From contig NC_057718.1 of assembly GCF_004010195.1 (NCBI RefSeq), positions 101,023,637 to 101,070,733 of the forward strand: a DNA stretch of 47,097 nucleotides, given 5' to 3'. This DNA comes from Chiloscyllium plagiosum. Lineage: Eukaryota. Within the stretch, counting starts at the first letter, position 1; each line of letters starts with the position of its first letter. The notes below the pieces were generated by a model, which had not been told where the DNA came from, made no database searches, and was given only the letters and a program-made list of their open reading frames with translations. The translations under genes and the position numbers were made by a program. Of this stretch, positions 35,445 through 46,772 are shown one piece after another.

Positions 35445-36377
35445 ACACCAGACATTCTCTCTAATGCAATATGCAAAGCTAACTGAGAGGGGCCAGAAGC
35501 AGGGGAACTTGTTTAGAGAGGAGAGATTCTAGAACAGGTAATGAATGTTTTTGTAATTTCCATGCCTGAGTGATTGTGACTTGAGGGCCCCACATCTGGC
35601 TAAAAAGACTAATTTGGTCGTGGCTAGCCTTTTTTCCGATTCTGCAATTCTCCTGTTTCAGCTGCAAATTTTGAACGAGGACCGGAACTCTCATTCGAAG
35701 AGAAGTTGCATTTGTATTGCCGCAAATGCACCATCACATCCCGGAATGTTTCACAGGCTCATTACCAAGCAACCTTTGACACTGAGCTGCAATGGGCCTC
35801 GAGAGAGGTACATTTGTCTCAGGATTGGGTTCAAATATGAAAGGGAGATACATGTGGAGAGGGTTTGTGGAGACTTCCATAGTTTAGCAAGTTCTAAGCA
35901 ATGTCGCCAATGATGAAGGAACTAAAATGGGGGGGATGTTGAGGCCAGATCTCAGAGGATAGTAGGAGATACCTTTAAACTTGATAATCCAGTTGATTTT
36001 CATAGGCGTGTAGCCAGGAATAATTTAATTTAACCAGGGAAATAAAGATGAATAGACCTGTCATTGTAGTAACACTGAATGTTTATCAGCCATGCAGCAA
36101 CATGTTGTATGCTGAATGAGTTCCTTGGAAGTCTATTCACTGTTACTGCGTGGCGAAACACATCTGCTTTGTGTACAGTATAGTGTCAGAAAGAACAGTG
36201 AGTTAATGGCCAGTTCATCAGTGGCTTTAAGAATGGTGGGCAATTTAGTTTCTCCCAACCAGTCTTGTGAAGCAGGGAAGTTCCACAGACATTGGCAGTT
36301 AATGTTTCAGATGGGAATAAAATCTGAGACTCCGCCCAACTGACACAAGCCATTACAAGTCATAGCCCAGTTACCCA

Positions 36378-36444
36378 ACCTGGTAATCCGATCCACCCGG
36401 TAATCCGATCCATCCGGTAATCCGATCCACCCGGTAATCTGATT
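36378..36444 (+). repeat. Tandem repeat, ~4 x 17 bp
   Basis: ggtaatccgatccaccc-type unit at 36382, 36399, 36416 and 36433. Confidence 0.9.
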
Positions 36445-36507
36445 GACATGCACACTGCCTATGACATAAAGCAGTAGTCACATAGGGTAAAGTAGGGAGG
36501 ACATTTC

Positions 36508-36810
36508 TGGGAGAAAGTGAGGACTCCAGATGCTGGAGACCAGAGTTGAGAGAGTGGTTCTGGAAAAGCACAGCAGGTCAGGCAGCATCCGAGGAGCAGG
36601 AAAAATCAACGTTTCAGGCAAAAGCCCTTCATTAGGAATGGGAATGAGGGGATGAGTGATTGTGGGTGAATGGGGGTAGGTGAGGAGGATTGCAAACATT
36701 GGAAGGACGATTGGCAGAGAAGGACAAGGAAATGCTGAAGGAAAGGGGAAGGCAGGATTGGGTGCTGGCTGATTTGAGAGGTCTTCGAAAGAGTTTTGCA
36801 TCTTGGACTT
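36508..36810 (-). mobile_element. PLE family A terminal repeat with adjoining putative 3' UTR
   Basis: Tail, body and decayed hammerhead at 36508-36640, then purine-rich (plus-strand) sequence arranged like 15620-15790. Confidence 0.7.
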
Positions 36811-36959
36811 GGGACTAAACACTGCTCCCTCTGCAGTCTCACATTCTACCTTGTTAATAATACATTGATCCTTTGTTTTGTAGTTTTAAAGCCATATTTA
36901 TTCAGCTTGTTTCCAAATCATTCGTCCCATGCGTCGGTCATCCACGTTTTGCAATAACT

Positions 36960-37500
36960 GTAGAGTCATAGAGTTACAAGGCATGGAATCAGGGCCTTCA
37001 GTCCAACTCTTCCATGCTGACCAGATATTTTGAATTAATCTAGTCCCATTTGTTAGCATTTGGCCCATATCCCTCTAAACCCTTCCTATTCATGTACCCA
37101 TCCAGATGCCTTTTAAATATTATAATTGTACCAGCCTCCACCAGTTCCTCTGGCAGTTCATTTCATACATGCACCACCCTCTGCATGAAAACGTTGCCCC
37201 TCAGGTCCCTTTTAAATCTTTCCCCTCTCACCTCAAACCTATGGCCTCTACTTTTGGACTCCCCCACCCTGGGGAAAAGACCTTGTCTATTCACCCTATC
37301 TATGCCCCTCATGATTTTATAAACTTCTAGAAGGTCAGCCTCACCCTCTGAGTCAGCCTCTCCCTATTGCTCAGACCCTCCAACCTTGGCGACCTTCTTG
37401 TAAATCTTTTCTGAGCCCTTTCAAGTTTCGCAACATCCTTCTTATAGCAGGGAGATCAGAACTGAACACAGTTTTCCAAAAGTGGCTGAACCAACGTCCT
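36960..37500 (-). mobile_element. CR1 LINE 3' fragment
   Basis: Reverse complement of the CR1 C-terminus and tail. Confidence 0.88.
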
Positions 37501-37509
37501 TGATTAGAG

Positions 37510-37660
37510 ACAAAAATAAACTACAGATGCTGGAATCCAAGGTAGACAAACAGGAGGCTGGAAGAACACAGCAAGCAAGGCAGCATCAGGAGGTGGAGAA
37601 GTCAACGTTTCGCGTATTCACCCTTCCTCAGGACTAGATGTGGGGACAGGGGGAGCTTAA
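37510..37660 (-). mobile_element. PLE-derived terminal repeat, hammerhead family D
   Basis: Tail 'aaaataaactacagatgctggaatc' and body 'gctggaagaacacagcaagcaaggcagcatc'. Confidence 0.7.
37601..37634 (-). ncRNA. Minimal hammerhead ribozyme motif
   Basis: gtc-CTGAGGA-a-GGGT-gaat-ACGC-GAAA-cg-TT-gac. Helix I gtc/gac, palindromic helix III ACGT, one stem II mismatch. Confidence 0.65.
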
Positions 37661-38384
37661 ATGCCCTATACAGGTTATGTTTACTGTGAGAGCGAAGTTA
37701 TCTTTCAAATTAAAGTTGGTGAAAAAATTGATAACATTATTCTGAAGATGGTTATGTTATAATTCATCTCTGCAAATTAATACTTTAGGATAATCCTGAA
37801 TAACAGGAGTGATTACAAGGAGGACAATTATATATTTGGGGAGTGGAGGTGGGGATTCAGTTTATAAGAACTGTCAGATGCAGAGTTTTGAATCATCCAT
37901 TATGTTAATCCCTGTATGGCACTGATTGTTTTCCGATCGTCTACTTCTGTTCCATTTGTCGGGAATAAATTCTTGAGCCTGTGCAGCCTAGTTATCTTGT
38001 TTTTGTCCTATCCTGAGTATTGTTTCTCTCTCTGTGGTCTGCTCCCTGATGGACATGAGCTGCTGTTTTAGCAGATTCAGTGGATATGCCGATGTTTGCA
38101 GTGTGGGAGTAGTTTTGTGGCACCATTGCTCAGATTACTGGAATTTAATCTTACACTTGAATAGCAGGATATATAATTCATGTAACATTTTAGCATATAA
38201 CATTTTTCTTGCAGTTCTAAGCAATGAAACGCATACAGCAGGTGTGACCTGGCCTTTGGATTAAGAATGGAATTGTTTGAAAACCTGAGTTTAGCAACGT
38301 CAAAAAGCAAGCATTTGATCACTGTAACTCCATCTCTGTCTCTGCTGCTCTCTCTCCTTTTACCTCTGCATACTTCTCCTTTTC

Positions 38385-38858
38385 ATAGAGTCACAGAGAT
38401 GTACAGAGCAGAAACAGACCTTTTGATCCAACTGGTCCATGCGGACCAGATATCCTAAACTAATCTAGTCCCATTTGCCAGCTTTTTGCCCCTATCCCTC
38501 TGAACGCTTCCCATTCATGGACCCATCCAGATGCCTGTTAAATGTTGTAATTGTACCAGCCTCCACCACTTCCTCTGGCAGCTCATTCCACACACACACC
38601 ACCGTCTGCTTGAAAACGTTGCCTCCTAGGTACCTTTTAAATCTTTCCCTCGCACCCTAAACCTATGGTTTTTAGATTTGGACTCTCCTACTCTGGGGAA
38701 AAGACCTTGCCTATCCACCTCATGTCCCTCTTGATTTTATAAACCTGTATACGTCACCCCTCAGCCTCCGACGCTTCAGGGAAACCAGCCCCTGCCTATT
38801 CAGCCTCTCCCTATTGCTGATATGCTCCAACCTTGGCAAATTCCTTGTAAATCTTCCT
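38385..38858 (-). mobile_element. CR1 LINE 3' fragment
   Basis: Reverse complement of the CR1 C-terminus and tail. Confidence 0.88.
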
Positions 38859-39065
38859 TGCTTACTTTTTAGTTGCTGACATATAGAATCTGAACCTGAT
38901 TTGAAGTTAGAAGGATGAGTGTAGATGAAAAATCATCTATTTAGAATAGAAAGTGCAGCTTAAACTGGGAAGGTGTCATCTGTGAAAGACAATAAAAAGG
39001 TCAAATAATGGATAATTGAGGATGAAACTAAGGCACAAAATAATTTTGTATTTTCAAAGGATGCC

Positions 39066-40032
39066 AATAGACAATAGACAATAGGTGCAGGATTAAGCCA
39101 TTCTGCCCTTCGAGCCTGCACCACCATTCATTATGATCATGGCTGATCATCCTCAATCAGTATCCTGTTCCTGCCTTATCTCCATAACCCTTGATTCCAC
39201 TATCCTTGAGAGTTCTATCCAACTCTTGCTTAAATGAATCCAGAGACTTGGCCTCCACTGCCTTCTGGGGCAGAGCATTCCACACAGCCACCACTCTCTG
39301 GGTGAAGAGGTTTCTCCTCATCTCTGTTCTAAATGGCCTACCCCTTATTTTTAAGCTGTGTCCTCTGGTTCGGGACTCACCCATCAGCAGAAACATGTTT
39401 CCTGCCTCCAGAGTGTCCAATCCTTTAATAATCTTATATATCTCAATCAGATCCCCTCTCAGTCTTCTAAACTCAAGGGTATACAAGCCCAGGCTCCAAT
39501 CTTTCAACATAAGATAGTCCTGCCATTCCAGGAATTGACCTCGTGATCCTACGCTACACTCCCTCAATAGCCAGAACGTCTTTCCTCAAAATTGGAGACC
39601 AGAACTGCACACAGTACTCCAGGTGCAGTCTCACCAGGGCTCTGTACAGCTGCAGAAGAACCTCTTTGCTTCTTTACTTGGATCCCTCTTGTTATGAAGG
39701 CCAGCATGCTATTAGCTTTCTTCACTACCTGCTGTATCTGCATGCTTGCCTTCATTGACTGGTGTACAAGAACACCCAGATCTCTCTGTACTGCCCCTTT
39801 ACCTAACTTGACTCCATTTAGGTAGTAATCTGCCTTCCTGCTCTTGCCACCAAAGTGGATAGCCATACATTTATCCACATTAAACTGCATCTGCCATGCA
39901 CCTGTCCACTCACCTAACTTGTCCAGGTCACCCTGTAATCTCCTAACATCCTCCTCACATTTCACCCTGCCACCCAGCTTTGTATCATCAGCAAATTTGC
40001 TAATGTTACTGTTAATACCATCTTCTATATCA
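39066..40032 (-). mobile_element. CR1 LINE 3' ~1 kb (end of RT domain)
   Basis: DIEDGINSNISKFADDTKLGGRV...LQGDLDKL...QMQFNVDKC; EFRRLRGDLIEIYKII; (caataga)n tail. Confidence 0.95.
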
Positions 40033-40438
40033 TGCAGTGCTCTTGAACACTGCATTTTTGATTTTCAGGAGATATCATTTGGTCTTCAGAGTCTCCTTTC
40101 TCATTCTTACTATCTTCTCCAGTGGCTGATGCAGCTACAAGTTGATGAGTAGGGTTTTGAACTCTTACAAAAGGAGAATTAGAAGAATTTATCTATATCT
40201 GCTAAATGTAAAGCCACAACACACAGAGGCACCACAGTATTTTAATTGGTGCAGGATGACGAGTAAATTTGCAAAATTTATTTCAATATAGCTAACTCCT
40301 ACAAAAAGCCATCATCCGAAAAACAGCTCCTGTAGTCTGGTGAGATCACAGACATACATATTCAGAAAGCTAGAATATTTTATTCAGTTAGTACCCTTTC
40401 CAATGCATCTCGGATGTCGATCTCTGATATTAAATTTA

Positions 40439-41540
40439 ACAATTGACACAACGTTAACTACAATAGCACCCCACTACAAATTGAGTACTTCCTGAATGTA
40501 TGCAGCCTTAAATTAGAACTACCACACTCATCTGCTGATCACTTATTGCCTCAGTAATTTCAAGACTTCCAAGCTAGTTACCTGAGTGTTCCTTTGTTGG
40601 CCTGTTTGAAACTGTTCTCACTCCTTTGTAACCTTTTTTCTCTCCGTACTCCCTTATGGCCAGTCTTTGTCTCTCTCCCACCTCCTTCGTTAAAACCTCT
40701 CTCCCATCCACTTCGCTTAAGCCCTCCCTCTCTCCCACTCTCTCACTGTCTTTGCGATCTCCCTGTTTCTCCCACCGTTCTGGTTGAGGGTTCCCCATCT
40801 CCCATTTTCTGTCATCTCTCTAGCGGCTCCCTGTCTCCCCTCAGCCACGTTCTCTCCCCAGCAGTCTCCTTACCACTTACACTCTTTGCCCCCTCACCCA
40901 TGGAAAGCAAAACCTCTGCTCCCTGCCACAGTTTGACCTCGCAGCCTCAGCACAGGGGAACAGGTAAAGGTTTGCATTAATTTCCCCACCTCCCTCTTCA
41001 TCCCACCCAATCCCAGATCCATCTTTCCCCTTCTGGACCTCAGAGCCAGACTGTAGAAGCAGTTTCCAGACCTTGACTTTCCAGACCCTAGGTCTTGCAC
41101 CCCCTCTCTCCCACGGTGCCCCCCCTCCCTCTATTTACCTGGTGACTCCCTCACTCCTGGCACTTACCCACCTGCTCCAATCACAGCGTGTTCATATTGC
41201 TTGCCTGTTGATTGGCTCACCAGTAATCATCTCCCTAGCAACCGCAGGAGAGAGCCAGTGATTAGAGCGAGCATCTCCTTAGCATTTCTTTGTGTTCAAC
41301 CCGCGGGATCAACTTTCCTCCCATTGGATGTCCCCAGTGGTATATATTTCCAGAGTGCTTTGGGGAGGAATGCAGTGCCATGTGGAACACTCAGGTAACT
41401 AGCAGCTTGGAAGTCTTGAAATTACTGAGGCAATGAGTGATCAGCAGATGAGTGTGGTAGTTCTAATTTAAGGCTACATACATTCAGGAAGTACTCAATT
41501 TGTAGGGGGGTGCTATTGTAGTGAAAGCTGTGTCAATTGT
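40439..41540. mobile_element. Non-autonomous DNA-transposon-like element with ~155-bp inverted termini
   Basis: 40439-40592 is the reverse complement of 41384-41540 at roughly 90% identity by eye. TA flanks both ends (40437-38, 41541-42). Confidence 0.75.
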
Positions 41541-42284
41541 TATTGGGTGGCGCTCTGTTCAATTAACATTTTGGGAAAAATGTGAAGCTTGTTGGATTTT
41601 CTTCCAGGGGACAGTGAAATTCACAGTGCATACAGATTGTACAAGCAGTTGTGTTGATGAGCCGAATGGTTCTCCTGGGTCCCTTTATTTCAAAGCGCAT
41701 CTCTACCACCATTTCCTCAGAATCTGTTGTTTCCTTTCTATCAGTTTCCTTCCTGCCGAGCCACAGCTTTCAGACAGCATTACCCTGTGGCCTTGACTCC
41801 GCACTGACTACATCGCTCTGATTTTCTTTCTCCCTCCATGCCTTGACAGTGAGCTGAGGAACTTACAGCAGAAAGCTCTGTGACATCTCTTTCCTTGATT
41901 CTTGCTGGCATTTAGAGTCCAGAGTGGATTTTGAAATCTGCCAAAAACATTTTTAAATCATCAATTATTAAAAGTCACATGGCATGGCCGATTATAATAC
42001 CGTTTTGTCGTGGTATTGAGGGTGTCATACTTTGTCTATCGGCTCGATATCTCCCTGCATAGGAACACAGCAGAAGTAGACTGTTCAGCCCTCAAGCCTG
42101 CTTGCCATTCTATATCATGGCTGCTTCTCTACCTCAGTGTCATATTTCCCATGTCCCTCAATGACTGTTGCGTTGATAGGACATACAAAGAGGAGTAAGT
42201 GCAAAGGTGATTCACCTCAAATGAAACTAGGACTGTGAACTTCAACTTTCAGAAAGGATCAAAGCTCTTTTTTTCTTGAAAGAA

Positions 42285-42685
42285 GATTGTGAGGAGTGAC
42301 CTGATAGGTGACCTTATAGAGGTTTATAAAATCAGGAGAGGTATAGTTAAGGTGAATGGCAGGTGCCTTTTCCCTAGGATGGGAGATTTCAGACTAGAGG
42401 ACATATTTTTAAGGTAAGAGGAGAGAGATTTAAAAAGACGTGGCATCAATTTTTTTTCAGAGTTGGTGGAATTGAATTCCATTTGTGAAGTGAACTTGCT
42501 GAGGAAGTGGTGGATGTGGGTACAATTACAACATTTAACAGAACTTGGATAAGGACATATTTAAGAAACGTTTGGAGGGATATGGGCCATGACCAGCCAG
42601 GTGGCACGAGTTCAGTTTGGGATTATGTTCGGCATGGACTGATTGAACCAAAAGATCTGTTTCTGTGCTGCATGACTCTATGACT
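42285..42685 (+). mobile_element. CR1 LINE 3' fragment
   Basis: GDLIEVYKIRRG.. and the 'catgactctatgact' tail. Confidence 0.8.
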
Positions 42686-44214
42686 GTATTATATGAAAGT
42701 GTTTGGTAGGGTAGTCTTGTTCTATTTGTCAAAGAGACCAGACAAATAGGCTGTAAAGATAAACGAATCCAGTCAGAAATTCAGGAGAAATATTTTTACC
42801 CAGAGAGTGACCAGAACGTGCAAACCCGAGTCAATCATTCGGCCCATCGAGTCTGTTCCTGTATTCAATGAGATCATGACTGATCTCATAAACCTCAACT
42901 CCATTTTCCTGACTTTTTTCCTATTACCCTTGATTCACTTATAGATTAAAAATCTGTCTCAACCTTAAATATGCTTAAAGAATTGCACAGCCTCACTATC
43001 CTCCTGGGTAGTTGGAGAAGGAGTAGTTGAGGAAAGTACATATGTATTTAAGAGGCATTTAGATCATAATGTGGATGGGAAAATGTAATGGGATGATATG
43101 TTGACAGGATTAGATGAAAAGAGATGAGAGAAGGTTCGTGCAAAAAATAAGCATTGGATTGGGCAAATGGCCTCATCATTTTTGTAAACACTTTGTGACT
43201 TTAAGACTTGGAGTAGACCTCATTTCTTGCAGAAACATGTTGGTAATCCCAAGCAATTCCCTTCAATTTGTACAAAGAGCAGTATGATTGATTCCACACT
43301 CAATTCCATATTGACCTTTCCATCTACACTTGGGCTACAGCACTAAAGGGGTGGCAGGGACCTTATTATCCTACTCAGCCCCTTCTCAGTTCCCTGTTCT
43401 TTTGCAATTAGTTACCAACGTTACTTTCTATCACCTGAGCAGAGTCCATCCCCATCTCTCTTTCCATTCCGCTGCCAAAAACACTTAATTGCACATTGCA
43501 GCATCTTCCAAAGTGGCCCACAGCCAGTGTCTCTTTTTGAACTGTAATCTTTAATATTCACTTGGGAATAGCACACAGCAACCAAAGACAAGATTCTCAT
43601 ACCCACCGTCAGGTTCGCTAGTGCTCTCACCCTTCTGCTTTTTCTCTGATCTTAGACCTGTGTTGTGCAGACTGTCCTGTTCTCAAAGGCTGCCGCACTG
43701 TTTTCCAAACTCTCTATTCTGCCATCAACAACTACAAAGGGGCCACACCCCTGCCCAGTACTGTTTCCCATCGCAGATCCTCTGTAAGGTTTTTGTGTTC
43801 TGCCACCTTTCTGTATGTCGTGAATGGAGTAGAAATGTATGTTCTTCTTTTGGACATTAGCTGTGGTTAACTACAAGCCATCGTGTCAAAACAGATAATT
43901 GTCCACAGTGATTTCTCTTTCAATGATAATTGGATGAATGGCCTTAGGAACATATTCTGCACCACACAATGGGCGGGCAAGGAAATAGGTCCAAAGCCTA
44001 TCTCAGCTGGAGTAGGAATTGCCATCCCACTGTCAGTGTTATTCTGAATCATACACTAGCCATTTAACCAATTTTGTAACCAGGCCCTCATTATGATACA
44101 GGTTATGTAGCAAAAATGCAAACTTTTATATAAAGCTGTGGTTGATGATATTTCGATTTTAAACAGCTATGAAATAAAATGCTTATTAGTTTAGAGCTGA
44201 CATTTAAACAGGCC

Positions 44215-44350
44215 ATTGAGGTCTGTTTTCAGGATAGGGGAGTCCAATACTAGAGGATATAGGTTTAAGATGAGAGGGCAAAGATTTAAAAGAGACCTAA
44301 GGGGCAACTTTTTCATGCAGAGTGTGGTACGTGTATGGAACGAACTGGCA
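44215..44350 (+). mobile_element. CR1 fragment, followed by a Rex1/Babar-like tail (44352-44415)
   Basis: GESNTRGYRFKMRGQRFKRDLRGNFFMQSVVRVWNEL, then 'tacatgtgacaataaagctaattctaattcta'. Confidence 0.7.
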
Positions 44351-45574
44351 ACTTTTGTAAACTGTTTACTGTACTCATGTGAGTACATGTGACAATAAAG
44401 CTAATTCTAATTCTAAAATAGCAGCTGTTCACCACACTGTGGATGAGGAGGGCAACTTTCTTTGGATCTTCCTCAGCTGTGCCACCAGATGTGTTTCTCA
44501 GCAAAATTTTTACGGCCGAGGATTTTAGCTACGAGGTTGTTCAGAGAAGATGGAATTCCTCTCCCTGGATCAAAGGAGATTAAGGGTCGAATCTGTTGAG
44601 GTTTGTAAAAAAAAAAGACAGAGTTTGATAAGGTGGACAAGAAGCTAATGGCAGAATGACTAATTTAAGGTTTGGATAGAAAAGCTAGGGGTGTGTGAGG
44701 AAGAATCTTCATATGCAGCAAGAGGTCTTTATGCAGCAATACAGTCTTTCTTCACTGCCTGTGAAGGTGGTGGAGGGGAGAGACAATGAGTTCAAAAATA
44801 AATTGTATTATATAGTCATATATTTGTATTATATGGCTGTTATACTTGTATTATAAATTAAGGTACATGAGGGAAATGAGGGATACAGAGTTTAGAACAA
44901 AGGAATGGGACAGACTGGATTGCTCTTAAGAGAGGCAGCATGGACTGAATGGGCCAAATGGCCTCCTGCCAAGCTAAAAGAAGTCTTGAGCGGCACCCTA
45001 ATGAGCAGTGTGCGAGAAAGTAATGACATTTACATTCTCATTGAAGAGGAGGAACATGGGCTTTGACGGTTTAATAATGTCAGTTGTCTTGCTTGCACTT
45101 TGTTACATTTGATGAGAGCGGAGGGTGAGGAATGGATTGTCGAGATTATTGCATGTTTCAGTGAAATGAGATAATCACGTGTTGAGTTTCTGCAGCAGCG
45201 CTCTCTCTTTCTAGCAAAATTAAAACTTCTTCAGTAAAACCAGATATACAGTCAAAACTGGTAACCCATATAGCAAACTCTTGAATGAAGCTGTTCACAT
45301 ATTCAGTGTGACAGAAAAGCAGAATTCCAACTTTGGCTCACGCTTCACAACCCAGAGAACGCGTGATTACGGTCCCACTATTTTACAAAGGTGAGGAGCA
45401 ACAACTGTATTTCCCTCGAGTCCTCCATTTGCATCGGCTCAGTGTCCAATGGGGTGATTCCTGTCGTAATCTATTTACATATTACACAATACTTCGAGAG
45501 ATAGGCATGGTGTGTACAGGCTGGATGTTTCCACTGGTTGGAGAATTGAGAGCAGTTTGGAAATAAGGGAGATA

Positions 45575-45720
45575 AAATAAAACGCTGAACTTCGGATGCT
45601 GAAGATCTGAAACATGAACTGAAATTGCTGGAGAAACCCAGCAGGTCTGGCAGCATCTGTGGAAAGAGAGCAGAGTTAACTTTTCAGGTCCAGTGACCCT
45701 TCATTAGAACTGTTTCTGTT
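45575..45720 (-). mobile_element. PLE family C terminal repeat between CR1 fragments
   Basis: Minus-strand gtt-CTAATGA-a-GGGTC-actg-GACCT-GAAA-ag-TT-aac. Confidence 0.7.
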
Positions 45721-46772
45721 TTTGGTAGAAATCTGGATGGCATGGACAAGTTGGACCAAAGGGTCTGTTTCTGCATGTTACATCTCCACAACTCCATGAC
45801 TCGAAAGGTGATGCCATTTATGACTGAAGTTGAGAGCCTTTGTAACTTCCTATTTCAGAGGGCTATGGAAGTTCAGTCTTTGAGTATGTTTAAAGTAGAG
45901 ATTGATTATCACAAATTTATCAATCATACTTATCAATCATAAAATTTATGGGAACAGTGTGAATAACAGCATTGAGCTGCTCAATCAGCCAAAATCATAC
46001 TAAACAGCATAGCAGTGTTGATGGGCTGAATAGCCTCCTCTTGTCTTTATGTTCCTGAATAATAGTTTTGTATTGCCTGGCTATGTGAAGTAGGCTGTGA
46101 TCCCAAACTCCTTGTTTGAAGTTAAAACGTTGTTCAATTTTGTTCACTGATTTCTTTTTACACTGGGCTGGGATTTGCTAAAAAAGTATATAATGAGGGT
46201 CTGAGCAAGACAAGCTACTATTGATGGACAATTCAGCCAGAAACGTGTGACAAGAAAGAGATAGCCCGTGAATTGTGAATCACCTCAGGGTGCAGGGCCC
46301 AACAGCATTGAAAAAGTAGCATCCCACTCTCGCCCTCTCTCAGACTCATTTGTGCATGAATTGTTCATGCAATTCTCTGCAGATAGTGAGTCTGGTAATG
46401 AATAGCGTACAGTACAGTTTTAACAATGTGTTTGTTTTGTAACTGCATGAGGAAACAACTCATTGGGCTCAGGGAGTGAGCAATTTAAACTGGAATTTCA
46501 TGACTTCAGGTAGTGAATTTTTGGCGATGTAAAAAATGTCTTATCTTACATTTATAAACATTTTCTTTTCCTTTCTGTCTCTCTACTTTCTCTCTCTTTA
46601 TCCCATTTTTCTTTCCCATTTTCTGTTTCTCTTTCTGCAAATGATTTAACATTAAATTCACCCAATCCCTCAGTCCATTTATTTCTCACTCCTTTAAATC
46701 ATTGATTAAATTGTTGGTTCTGTCCCCTAATAGTCAGAGGGAAATTGAGAACCAAACTTGTAAGGAGATCTC

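Noticed and set aside
35182..35464. Mirror-image ORFs on both strands
   Set aside because: A consequence of the perfect palindrome, not of coding function.
40069..40150. Candidate exon after the 'ttttgattttcag' acceptor
   Set aside because: The donor is weak, stops appear at or near the end in the frames checked, and the peptide is not recognisable.
40594..40980. 128-aa Ser/Pro/Leu-rich ORF inside the inverted-repeat element
   Set aside because: C/T-rich low-complexity sequence is depleted of stop codons; no domain signature.
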